DNA from: Nitrososphaeria archaeon
Lineage (GTDB): Archaea; Thermoproteota; Nitrososphaeria; JACIWG01
Assembly (NCBI GenBank): GCA_050011875.1
Contig: JBEKIG010000014.1
Coordinates: 10,699-74,698, forward strand
Reading direction: 5' to 3'
DNA: 64,000 bases
The position numbers and the translations under genes are program-made. Each line of letters begins with the position of its first letter. Position 1 is the first letter of the stretch. The notes under the pieces were generated by a model, which saw nothing but the letters and a program-made list of their open reading frames with translations, ran no database searches and had not been told where the DNA came from. Positions 30,220 to 39,912 of this stretch are shown one piece after another.

Positions 30220-31119
30220 TCACAAAGGATGCTCTAGAACTGATTTTAATTTTCCCAGTGAGGCTACAGCATCTTCAAATTTCATCTCAAGGATTATTGG
30301 GCCATCAAATTTCGTATATTCTATTAAACCTATGATTTCGCGAAGGTTTAAACGACCTAAGCCTAGAGGAATATGGTCTCTGAAAACAATTCTGCTACCT
30401 TCGACAAGACGTTTAACATCATGCATGTGAATTTCACCTATCCTTCCTGATGACGCCTTCATTGCCTCCTCAATATTCATGTCACCTGGAAAACCTTCAA
30501 GTATATGACCTATATCTACACAGACGGATGTATCAAATTCATTTGCTAATTCAATAGAATGACGGAATGGGAATTTAATTGATTCTAAGGCCAGTTTTTT
30601 GGTGGGAACACCCATCGATATCATATTATTAACGAGTTCTTCAACAGTTTTCCGAGAATTATCTGAAAAAATTTTCATACAGGTTTTTTTCAGAGATTCT
30701 TCAATTCTTTGGCCATATATATCTGCAGCAAGTGAGCTAGTTGCATGCATCACGTATGCAATTGGATCAAGTTCTACTACCGCTCTCATAGATTCAACAA
30801 GAACGTCGACTGCCTTTTTTCTTACTTCTTCTATGTATGAAGAAGGATCTATCGACCAAAACGGAAGATGCACCGAATATGTGATCCCCTTCTCTTTTTT
30901 AAGTAAGTTAAGTTTCTCCAAGTTCTCATTTGTTAATTTTCCTCTCGAATTTGGAAGAAAAAAATACATGTTCATGACAAGTTCAACGTGATTAAAGCCG
31001 TTATCGATAGCTTTCCTTGTCTGAATGGAATAGTCATAGTGACCATTATCTTTTACATCATTTCTAGCTAACTCCCTTAGGACGGCATCAAACCAGAGCA
31101 CCGGTAAACCTATTATCAA
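30220..31119 (-). CDS. AP-endonuclease-2/xylose-isomerase TIM-barrel protein, possibly CbiR-like
   Basis: SVHLP, VMH, LALES, CVDIGH, IHMHD, DHIPLG, ILE. Confidence 0.8.
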   Translation of the reverse strand: MIIGLPVLWFDAVLRELARNDVKDNGHYDYSIQTRKAIDNGFNHVELVMNMYFFLPNSRGKLTNENLEKLNLLKKEKGITYSVHLPFWSIDPSSYIEEVRKKAVDVLVESMRAVVELDPIAYVMHATSSLAADIYGQRIEESLKKTCMKIFSDNSRKTVEELVNNMISMGVPTKKLALESIKFPFRHSIELANEFDTSVCVDIGHILEGFPGDMNIEEAMKASSGRIGEIHMHDVKRLVEGSRIVFRDHIPLGLGRLNLREIIGLIEYTKFDGPIILEMKFEDAVASLGKLKSVLEHPL

Positions 31120-31270
31120 CTTAAGATCTCCTCATACTTTAATAATATGGTTATCACATGCTTCCAACAATTTAGCCAGTCCGATTGCTTTTAAAAAGTT
31201 TACAGAGGAACGTATATTGAACACTACATTTATATTTCAAAGAGAGACAGCAACTGTCAGTGTGATTTAG

Positions 31271-31804
31271 GTGCCTTACTGTCCTAAGTGTGGAGCTGAA
31301 ATCTCATCTGACGCAGCCTTTTGTCCTAAATGCGGAAATCAAATATTAGTGTCCGCGATTCCATCAGCTTCTACTACATCACCTGCAGAACGTAGACAGT
31401 ATGGTGAAAAGAGAGAGAAACAAGAAAAAAGGGAGAAAGGAGAAAAAACTGAGAAAGGTGGAGGGAGTGGTGACAGATCTGGTCCAATAGTTGGCGGTTT
31501 AATTCTTATCTGGCTCGGAATCGTATTCTATGTGATACAGGTTGGTTACGTAACAGGAAGTTACTGGTGGTCATACTTCCTAATAGGGATAGGTGTAATA
31601 CTACTGGTTCAAGCAGTCATAAGATACGCAACCCATAACAGGAGATCAGCGACAGGAACAATGATTGCTGGTTTTATACTATTAATTATTGGATTAGCCG
31701 GAGCTTCAGGTATTAGCAATTGGTGGTTTCTTATATTAATTGCAATAGGTATTTGGGTGATTGCTTCTGGAGTAACTGCTGCTAGAAGAAATCCGAAGCC
31801 TTAG
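31271..31804 (+). CDS. Zinc-ribbon membrane protein
   Basis: CPKCG..FCPKCG, EKxEK linker, four TM segments. Confidence 0.85.
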   Translation: MPYCPKCGAEISSDAAFCPKCGNQILVSAIPSASTTSPAERRQYGEKREKQEKREKGEKTEKGGGSGDRSGPIVGGLILIWLGIVFYVIQVGYVTGSYWWSYFLIGIGVILLVQAVIRYATHNRRSATGTMIAGFILLIIGLAGASGISNWWFLILIAIGIWVIASGVTAARRNPKP

Positions 31805-32937
31805 TCAAACCATCTCGTGTACGATCGATAGATAATATGTTCTATAATTGTCAGCTTTCGTACTCGACCGAAAACTCTGAAGTATTGTCCACCCATGCAC
31901 TCGACCATATCGCTCATATCGTACCTTGGGAACATGACTGATGAAACAATAAGTCGACCCCACTCCCCTCTTTTCATTTCGTATAACATTTTTATACAGC
32001 GCCCCATTTTAACCTCGAATAGATAGCTGTCGTAATTTGGGACTACATATGGTAGACTGTCTAACTGTTGAGCGAACACCCCTTCAGTCGCAGTATACAT
32101 TTCCACTACATCTGTATTACCGAAATAATATTTTAGAATAGGCTCATACTTCCAGTGTATTTTTGGGACACTCGTGCAAAATATTGCTTTAACTTTCCAG
32201 AAATCTTTCGGAATTACATGATGTTTTGCTTTAAGATATTTGGCAAAAGATGCTATTACCGGAGCCACTCCCATACAGACTTCAATATCTTCGTTTCTTG
32301 TCAGCTGATAGGTGAGCTCGAACCTTCTTTCCCAATCTTTTATCGTTAAACCTCCGCCTAAAGCATCTATTTCCTCTTGATGCGGTACAAGATCTAATCC
32401 TGCAAAGCTCGGATTATATCTTGCATACGTTCCAGAACTATGTCCATAAGATGCGACATTTGCCCCGTTTCTGATTGTCCCAATGCGTGAAGGAAAGTTC
32501 AGATTAAGCACTTTACCCTGTAAGATGTCAAACCGCTTACTTCTAATGACATAATTGGATATGGCTCTAGCCCCACAAGTTAGTATTTGAAATAAAAATT
32601 TTTGAGTAGTAGGCAGAATCTTCGCAGGACCCGTTGTTCCACGTGTCATAACCCAGGCTTCTGCAGGCTCAGGCAATAGAGCTTGATAGTGTCCCTTAGA
32701 AACTTGTTCAATCTCTGGCTTTAATGAGACATAGTTTGTAATAGGAAATTGTGTCTGATATTCTTCCAAATTCATAGAAGTTGAAGCATCATAACGCTTA
32801 CCGTAATCGGTTACGCAATACCCTTCAAGAAGGGATTTCAGAAGAATTTTTTGTGCTAAGGCAGGATCAGACAGAGCCGAATACCATGACTTAAGCACTG
32901 CATTCAACGGTTCAGGGGACAAACCAATCGATGACAT
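31801..32937 (-). CDS. GH3-family (acyl-adenylate-forming) protein, short form
   Basis: MTRGTTG, YTATEG, YLFE, RYDMSD, VFGR; 378 aa. Confidence 0.8.
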   Translation of the reverse strand: MSSIGLSPEPLNAVLKSWYSALSDPALAQKILLKSLLEGYCVTDYGKRYDASTSMNLEEYQTQFPITNYVSLKPEIEQVSKGHYQALLPEPAEAWVMTRGTTGPAKILPTTQKFLFQILTCGARAISNYVIRSKRFDILQGKVLNLNFPSRIGTIRNGANVASYGHSSGTYARYNPSFAGLDLVPHQEEIDALGGGLTIKDWERRFELTYQLTRNEDIEVCMGVAPVIASFAKYLKAKHHVIPKDFWKVKAIFCTSVPKIHWKYEPILKYYFGNTDVVEMYTATEGVFAQQLDSLPYVVPNYDSYLFEVKMGRCIKMLYEMKRGEWGRLIVSSVMFPRYDMSDMVECMGGQYFRVFGRVRKLTIIEHIIYRSYTRWFD

Positions 32938-33414
32938 AGACGTTCAATTAGGATGAAATCGTTTAATATAATAGCTTAATCCAGTAAGATCATGTGGCAA
33001 AATAATATATTTTACGAACCATCTTTAATTAGGATCCAAAAAAGCTCTAAGATGTCGTTAGTAAAATGGAATGGACTTTCGGATAGACTTTTTTCAAACA
33101 TCAGTTCTGAAAATGAGAACTGTCTCTATCACCTTTTTTAAATTTAGGGTTGTTCAAAGACTTGTAAAAACTTCAGAAGTTAAGATATACTTTTATTTTT
33201 TAGGATAGAAAAACAAATTGAAGAGTTTCTTTAACATCCGTTCTAGGTTTAGTGTTTTAAACGATATTTGAGCTGCCAACTTACGTTTGAGAAGCGAATT
33301 CACAAAAATTGTTGCCTTGTAAACTATTAATTTTTTCTGGTGCCGAGTTTTATAAGATAACTGGATAAATCGTACATCGACGTTCCTTAAAGGGCAGTTC
33401 GTAGATCACTACTT

Positions 33415-34281
33415 CTAGTCGACGAATTTGGGGAAGAATTCCCTAGGCAAGGAGCAGCAGGCTTTAACGGTGTTGATGTTGTACGTCTTGATTATTTTAT
33501 TTCTGGGAACAGCTACTCTATCAACAAGACATCTTTCTATTAACACTTGGTCTATTTCATCTTTAAATCGGGACGGTCTCATACAACCTAAGGCAATTTC
33601 ACTTTTAAACTTTCTGGCATATTTGAAGAGATCAACTAAATCCTCTTTTTTTGGGAGAACACAGTCCTCTATAAAATAATCTGCTGTAGGAATTAAAGAA
33701 AGAAATGTAACAAGATAGGGGTCATAGTCCCTTAATGAGTCTATGGCTTCTTTCTCCTTTAATATCCCGTTGTCACCAAAACCTATTAATAAATGGGGAG
33801 CCAAATATGTAGGCCCATATTTTTTTAAAATCTCCAAACTTTTTAAGTAATCAGAAGGTTTCTTTTTTAGACCTTTTACTTTTTCTATGACAAAGGAATC
33901 GACTATAAGCTCGAAATCGATAACATCAACATTATTCATTCTAATCTCCTTAGCTAATGCTTCATCTACTAGTCCCGGATGTAAGCTAATTACAATATCT
34001 AAGTCCTTCTTAATCTTTTTTATAGTTGGTAAAAATGGTCTTACCGGTAAAAACCCATTCTGAGTGAAACCACCGCTTATAAGAATTCCTTTTGCGCCTT
34101 TAGAGACCAGATTCCTAGCAGTATTGTATAGAGAGGATGGGGTTGTAGCCGGGTACATGTCTTCCAAATAACGACCTTTGCAGTGTCGACAGTTTAAAGC
34201 GCATTCTGCACCTGTTATACTTATTGTAGGATAAGTCTTCCCTGGAACAAATGCTGTTACCTTCAACCTGTCCCCTCGCAT
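33415..34281 (-). CDS. lipS1: Radical SAM protein, archaeal lipoate synthase component LipS1-like
   Basis: CALNCRHC; GCMR and C-terminal CC motifs characteristic of LipS1. Confidence 0.8.
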   Translation of the reverse strand: MRGDRLKVTAFVPGKTYPTISITGAECALNCRHCKGRYLEDMYPATTPSSLYNTARNLVSKGAKGILISGGFTQNGFLPVRPFLPTIKKIKKDLDIVISLHPGLVDEALAKEIRMNNVDVIDFELIVDSFVIEKVKGLKKKPSDYLKSLEILKKYGPTYLAPHLLIGFGDNGILKEKEAIDSLRDYDPYLVTFLSLIPTADYFIEDCVLPKKEDLVDLFKYARKFKSEIALGCMRPSRFKDEIDQVLIERCLVDRVAVPRNKIIKTYNINTVKACCSLPREFFPKFVD

Positions 34282-35246
34282 ATTTCTTGGACTTGTTTTG
34301 TCACCAATTCACTTTCACGGAATAAAAACTCTCTAGAGGGATAATTGTAAATTTTTATTGGCCTTTCGTTATAGAATGGTCTATTGCATCCAGGACAACC
34401 ACTTGTAATGAATGCTTTCTCAAATAAATTTTTTTCAAGATTTTTTCTTAACTTAACCTTATCATTGTCGAATTCTACAATTTTTTTTAGATCGTAGCCT
34501 CTACTTAAGTGGAAACGTATTATTTGCATTAAACGATAGCTTTCTAGCTTAGGTTGAGAGAGAGCCCCTATTCTTGTTCCACGTATTGGTGTGAAAGCGA
34601 AGAGTGCAACAGCAGCTCCTTTCTTAAAGATCGCTTCCATGGCTTTAACAAATTCTACATCTTTTTCACCTAAACCGTATATCAGATGAACGTAGACGCG
34701 TCCGGATCCGAAGACTTTAACTGATCTGTCTATAAACCTGAAAAAACTGTCGAAGCTGAACGGCTTTTTAAGTGAATCAAATCTATCTGCAACCGCAACA
34801 TCTAATCCAATACCCAGATGATCTACACCTAAGCATTTGAGCTTCTCTAAAGAAGGAACATCTATAGGTGTTGTTCCAACAGATATGGGAATCTCAAGTC
34901 CGGAGTCTCTAATCGATTTCACTATTTCGATTAGTTCGAATTGAAAGTCCCTCTTAAGGACTGTCTGAATGCAAATTCTTAGGAAGGGATTTTGGTTTTC
35001 TAGAGGCTCAATCACCTTCTCCAATTCTATAAGTGGCCAAGGAACACGGGAGACAAGGTCTTTACTACAGCGGTTTGAAACGCTTTGGGGACAGAACAGA
35101 CAATTAGCATTGCATCCCTTTTGTGAGTACTGCAATAAGTAAGCTGTTGTTGGCTCTGCAAGCGTCTTCATCTTTATTAATTTTAACGCGGCTAAAGTCC
35201 CTATTGAAGCTCTGACCTGCGTGACCATCACTTTTCTTAGGGACAA
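34263..35246 (-). CDS. lipS2: Radical SAM protein, archaeal lipoate synthase component LipS2-like
   Basis: CNANCLFC; TSGCPGCNRP motif characteristic of LipS2; near gcvT. Confidence 0.82.
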   Translation of the reverse strand: MSLRKVMVTQVRASIGTLAALKLIKMKTLAEPTTAYLLQYSQKGCNANCLFCPQSVSNRCSKDLVSRVPWPLIELEKVIEPLENQNPFLRICIQTVLKRDFQFELIEIVKSIRDSGLEIPISVGTTPIDVPSLEKLKCLGVDHLGIGLDVAVADRFDSLKKPFSFDSFFRFIDRSVKVFGSGRVYVHLIYGLGEKDVEFVKAMEAIFKKGAAVALFAFTPIRGTRIGALSQPKLESYRLMQIIRFHLSRGYDLKKIVEFDNDKVKLRKNLEKNLFEKAFITSGCPGCNRPFYNERPIKIYNYPSREFLFRESELVTKQVQEICEGTG

Positions 35247-35326
35247 CTCCTCATCCTTCTGTATTTAAAATTATGTGAAATGAAAACTTTTTATAACAAT
35301 GATATAATAGATAAAATTCCAAACTT

Positions 35327-35710
35327 ATGATAAAACAGATCAGGATAAAATTAAGTGTTATAGATAGCATTTTGACGTATGCCTTTAGCAGCCATCCAAA
35401 TGAGAGTATACTACTATTAAGAGGGAAAGTTAGTAAAGAGATAATCAATGTCGAAAATGTAATGATACCTCCACTATCTATCCACGGCGAATCCTACTCA
35501 AGTTTTCCGATGCATATGCTCCCCCTCGACTCCTCAATAATTGGAACAGCTCATTCACATCCTTCAGGCTTAGTAAAACCCTCTTTAGAGGACCTTTTAC
35601 ACTATTATGGAAAGATTATGGCTATAGCTGGATACCCATACAGAACTGAACGAGACATAAAAATATTCGATAGGGAGGGCCGCGAATTACCCTTTACAGT
35701 TGAAGGATAA
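35327..35710 (+). CDS. JAMM/MPN+ metalloprotease
   Basis: HPNE..., GTAHSHPSG...PSLEDL. Confidence 0.9.
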   Translation: MIKQIRIKLSVIDSILTYAFSSHPNESILLLRGKVSKEIINVENVMIPPLSIHGESYSSFPMHMLPLDSSIIGTAHSHPSGLVKPSLEDLLHYYGKIMAIAGYPYRTERDIKIFDREGRELPFTVEG

Positions 35711-35813
35711 TTCTTTTACAAAAGATAGCTAATTTAATCAATAATTTTTAATCACATTAGCACAACATTTAAAAGGAGCAATTTTTAATCAGAAGTTAGA
35801 GGTGAACGATGTT

Positions 35814-35960
35814 TTGAGACCTAACTATAGTAGCGGGCCACGCGAAATGCACAAAATTACCTGCTCTGACTGTGGAAAAGAAGACGAAGTACCATTTAAA
35901 CCGACCGAAGGAAAGCCCGTATATTGTAGAGAATGCTATAGAAAGCATAAGCAGTATTAA
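35814..35960 (+). CDS. 48-aa CxxC-x17-CxxC zinc-ribbon protein
   Basis: Below the ORF-track cutoff. TTG start after GGTGA RBS: MRPNYSSGPREMHKITCSDCGKEDEVPFKPTEGKPVYCRECYRKHKQY. Confidence 0.9.
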   Translation: MRPNYSSGPREMHKITCSDCGKEDEVPFKPTEGKPVYCRECYRKHKQY

Positions 35961-36176
35961 AGAGAATTATGATCTGTGACTGCCATCAGTTAGCAGTACT
36001 GTTTGATCTGTTCTCACCATTATAATTTTATATTTTTTTTATTAAATTATTTTCTAATCATACGTTAATTCATTACACATTTAACATTACGAATTGTGAC
36101 TTTTTTAGTGTTCTAAATTATGTGCAGAATTAACATTGTAAAAGACTTAAATTTTATAGGTTTAAAGATTAATACC

Positions 36177-37316
36177 ATGAGTGGTCCACTGAAAAGAACA
36201 CACCTATTTAGTTTCCATGAAAAGTATGGAAACATCGTAGAGTTTGCTGGATTTGAACACGCACTATTTTACGAAGGAATAGAATCTGAACACATGAGTG
36301 TCAGGAATGCTGTAGGAATATTTGATGTAACTCACATGGGAAGAACACTTATTGAAGGGAAGGAGGCAGTTTATTTACTCGAAAAACTTCTTCCTAGGAA
36401 AATTTCAAACATGAGTCTCAAGCAGGGGAGATATTCATTCTTTCTTAATAAATTGGGTGGTATTATAGATGACTTGACAGTTTTTAGGCTGGATGATAAT
36501 AAATTTCTTATAGTTTACAACGCTGGTAACCGTGAGAAGGATTTTAAATGGATAAGTGAAAACGCATCACCCTATGAAGTTAGAGTGATGGATGTCTCAG
36601 ATAATGTCGTCATGCTTGCTATCCAAGGTCCAAAAGCGATAAGTACGCTCCAGAAGCTATCTAATATCGAACTGTCTTCAATAAAGAGATACTGGAGTGA
36701 TTGGATCAAACTTGGTTCGTTTGATAGTGTCCTTGTTACAAGAACAGGGTATACTGGTGAAGACGGATTTGAGGTTTACCTGTGGGATACTCCTTTAAGT
36801 ATGAATGAAAAAGCTGAAAAGTTTCTTCTGTCAATTCTTGAAGCAGGAAAGGAATTTGGAATAAAACCCTGTGGATTAGGCGCGAGGGACACTTTGAGAC
36901 TTGAGGCAGGCATGTGCCTTTATGGTCACGATATAGACGACACCACTTCCCCCTTAGAGGCACGGTTAGATACACTAGTTGACTTTGAAAAAAATGATTT
37001 TGTAGGAAGAGAAGCTTTATTGGAACAGAAGGAAAAAGGCGTGAAACGTTCGAGAGTGTGTATTAAGCTACAAGAAAAGGGAATCCCCCGGCGAGACTGT
37101 GAATTATTTTATGATGGTATAAAAGTAGGAAGATTAACAAGTGGAACATTCTCACCTCTACTTAAGACAGGAATAGGAATGGGTTACGTGGGTATCAGTG
37201 CAGCCTCCATCGGGAATCAATTACAGGTAAAGATAAGAGAAAATAAGGTCAAATCTGTAGTGGTTGAACCTCCATTCTACGATACAACCAAGTACGGTTT
37301 AAAGAGAATCGCATAG
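36177..37316 (+). CDS. gcvT: Glycine cleavage system aminomethyltransferase T
   Basis: FDVTHMG, TRTGYTGEDGFE, GLGARDTLRLEAG..LYG. Confidence 0.95.
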   Translation: MSGPLKRTHLFSFHEKYGNIVEFAGFEHALFYEGIESEHMSVRNAVGIFDVTHMGRTLIEGKEAVYLLEKLLPRKISNMSLKQGRYSFFLNKLGGIIDDLTVFRLDDNKFLIVYNAGNREKDFKWISENASPYEVRVMDVSDNVVMLAIQGPKAISTLQKLSNIELSSIKRYWSDWIKLGSFDSVLVTRTGYTGEDGFEVYLWDTPLSMNEKAEKFLLSILEAGKEFGIKPCGLGARDTLRLEAGMCLYGHDIDDTTSPLEARLDTLVDFEKNDFVGREALLEQKEKGVKRSRVCIKLQEKGIPRRDCELFYDGIKVGRLTSGTFSPLLKTGIGMGYVGISAASIGNQLQVKIRENKVKSVVVEPPFYDTTKYGLKRIA

Positions 37317-37337
37317 TGCAATATCGTCACTTAGCTT

Positions 37338-38264
37338 TCAAAATCCGTCAGGAACGAATGTTTTATACTTTCCACCTACTGATTTTAGTAGTTTTGGAAC
37401 AGTTTTGGCATCTATAACTATTATATCTCCATTTTTTATTCGGTAATAACTGCCTTTATCAAGCACTTTACCTTTATCGAGATCTACTTTCATAACGTAC
37501 TTTTTCTTTAGCTTACCGGATAGCAAAAGCGAGACGATATTTGCAACTGTTTCAGATTCGATTATTCCGTATTTTAGCACTTCCATCTTTTCTCGGTTAT
37601 CATACGACTCCCATGTCGATGGGTTGAAGACATCGCCGGGAGCAATGACATAGAATTCCACCCCCCATTTTTCTCTAATGGATCTTAAAGCGGAAGATAT
37701 GACTAAACCTTCGTTAGCTCTCTTATATGGAACATAGTCAACGTCTTCAGAATAGCCGTAAACAGAAGCTGTCGATGAAATTAGAATTATTCTCCCAAAC
37801 CTTTGCTTTATCATGTATGGAAGCACGTATTTTAAGACTCTTACTGATCCGAAATGATCAACTTCAGCAATTTCTTTAAGTTGCTTAATATCCTGTTCAT
37901 AAATCGGTTTCCTCCTATCACGTGTTGCATAGCCAACAGGATTTCCAGCAAAGCTAACGGCAAAATCAATTCGACCATATTTCTTAGCTACAACATCCAC
38001 CAAATGTTCAACGTCATAATCGCTGGTAACATCGACTCGGATGGATAAGGGGTCTGTACCAAATTTGTTCTTCAAAGTTTTCTCATATTCTTTTATTAAA
38101 TCCAATCGGCGAGCTGCAAGCACCGTATTCACTCCGAGATTGGAAAGATAAAATACGGTGGCTTTACCCATTCCCTCACTTGCCCCTGTTATTATGGCAA
38201 CTCTTCCTTTCAGAACGACTTCTCGCACAGTGATACTAAGGAATTTCTTGTTAATATATTTCAT
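37338..38264 (-). CDS. Atypical SDR oxidoreductase
   Basis: TGASEGMG, ISS, YVPYK, IAPG; divergent C-terminus. Confidence 0.8.
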   Translation of the reverse strand: MKYINKKFLSITVREVVLKGRVAIITGASEGMGKATVFYLSNLGVNTVLAARRLDLIKEYEKTLKNKFGTDPLSIRVDVTSDYDVEHLVDVVAKKYGRIDFAVSFAGNPVGYATRDRRKPIYEQDIKQLKEIAEVDHFGSVRVLKYVLPYMIKQRFGRIILISSTASVYGYSEDVDYVPYKRANEGLVISSALRSIREKWGVEFYVIAPGDVFNPSTWESYDNREKMEVLKYGIIESETVANIVSLLLSGKLKKKYVMKVDLDKGKVLDKGSYYRIKNGDIIVIDAKTVPKLLKSVGGKYKTFVPDGF

Positions 38265-38284
38265 AGTGTGCGATAATCGTATAG

Positions 38285-38947
38285 TTACTCTTGATATTTG
38301 ATCTTGTCTTTTACACCAAGTTGTTCAAAGGCTTCCAGCCTGCTAACGCACCCTCGACATTTACCGCATGCAACTGATTCGTTCTTGTGACAACTCCAAG
38401 ACAGTTCGATCGGTACATCCATCTCTATTGCGAGCTCCACTATCCTTTTTTTATCAAACTTAGCCAGGGGCATATATATTTCTGTTTTGAAATCTTTCCC
38501 TAACCAACTACCAAATTTTAAAGCTGTGTTCATGGCTTTAATATATCTTGGTTTGGAGTCAGGGAATGGGTCGCTTAACTGATGTCCTGTAATAATATAT
38601 CTTGCTCCGATAATCTCAGAAAAATATGATGCGATCCCAAAAAAAACGGTATTTCTACTTGGAATATAAATTGAAGGAATATTGGAGTGTTTCAAAATGT
38701 AATTCTCTTTTAGTTCCCTTAGTTCGGAGACTTCTCTAAGGAATCCGACATCAATTATCATATGCTCCTCAACATCCGCTTTTTTGAAAATTTTTCTTGC
38801 GGCCTCTATTTCCATACTGTTCCGTTCGTTCAACTTGAAAGATAAAGCATAGACGTCGAACCTTTTCTTAATGAGCCATAGCGCTACAGCTGAATCTATT
38901 CCCCCTGATAGAAGAACAAGCGCTTTAGAACTCTCCAAAACCTTCAT
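38285..38947 (-). CDS. queC: 7-cyano-7-deazaguanine synthase
   Basis: SGGIDS, YIPSRN, SWSCH..CGKCRGC. Confidence 0.9.
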   Translation of the reverse strand: MKVLESSKALVLLSGGIDSAVALWLIKKRFDVYALSFKLNERNSMEIEAARKIFKKADVEEHMIIDVGFLREVSELRELKENYILKHSNIPSIYIPSRNTVFFGIASYFSEIIGARYIITGHQLSDPFPDSKPRYIKAMNTALKFGSWLGKDFKTEIYMPLAKFDKKRIVELAIEMDVPIELSWSCHKNESVACGKCRGCVSRLEAFEQLGVKDKIKYQE

Positions 38948-39363
38948 TCACCTAATATAATGGATTTCATGACATAACCATGTTCCATTTGACTTCCCAA
39001 AGTCTCTAAAACGTTATTCTTAAAAAGGTGTTTGTGAACAATTTGAGATATTTTAGAATATATAGGGGATCTAGTAGACTCTTAAATCGTAGCTCTAAAT
39101 AATACCATTTTTTATATCATATCTTCTACGTAATCTTTTTACAGGCAATGTTGCTTCATTCTGTCCCTTATATAAGAAACTTAGATTGAAAACAGAATGC
39201 AGACGGCAGATTCTAAGGTTTACAATTTTTTTCTGATGACTGCAAGATATATGCCTAACATTATTTCTTGGTATAGTAACTTTATATAATTGTGGTAATA
39301 AAATTGAAATCTTCAAGAAAGGTGATCTGTGAGTGTGTATTTTCTCAATAGAGCTGAGTAAAG

Positions 39364-39912
39364 ATGAGTAGAAATTGGTCATATCAGCAATCATTGAACG
39401 AGCCTGTGTGGATCGCGAGGGACCTATCGAAGTGCAGCGGATGCAGGAAATGCGAAATTGCCTGTTCACTCCATCATGAGAATAGGATATGGCCCGAAGC
39501 GTCAAGAGTGAGGGTCTTCATGTTGGTTCCAGGGGCAGATTTTCCGCATCTATGCGCGCAATGTGAGAACTATCCGTGCGTTAAGGCTTGCCCTTTTCAG
39601 GCTTTGTCAGTTAACAGTAAAACCAGTGCTGTCGCCGTGAACAAGGAAAAGTGTACCGGGTGCGGCAAATGCGTTGAGGCTTGCCCTGGAAGGGTGCCGC
39701 ATTTACATCCTGCCGAGAAGAAAATCGTGATCTGTGACTTGTGCGATGGGGATCCACAGTGCGTTAAGGTTTGCCAGGAAGGCGGTTGGGGGGTCTTGAA
39801 ATCGGTTCCAAGAAGAGAACAGCCTACTGGTCTTTACGCACGCACCCCTGAGGAGACGACAAGAAACCTCGCGACAAAAATGTATGGTGAGAAAGCGGAG
39901 GAGTTTCTCTAA
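39364..39912 (+). CDS. 4x[4Fe-4S] polyferredoxin subunit, WOR5 small-subunit-like
   Basis: CSGCRKCEIAC, CAQCENYPC, CTGCGKC, CDLCDGDPQC; IWPEASRVRVF. Confidence 0.9.
   Translation: MSRNWSYQQSLNEPVWIARDLSKCSGCRKCEIACSLHHENRIWPEASRVRVFMLVPGADFPHLCAQCENYPCVKACPFQALSVNSKTSAVAVNKEKCTGCGKCVEACPGRVPHLHPAEKKIVICDLCDGDPQCVKVCQEGGWGVLKSVPRREQPTGLYARTPEETTRNLATKMYGEKAEEFL

Noticed and set aside
32940-33410. Long intergenic gap between GH3 and lipS1
   Set aside because: No convincing ORF, repeat or stem found by eye
39095-39505. 136-aa minus-strand ORF
   Set aside because: Overlaps the ferredoxin subunit antisense; no motifs
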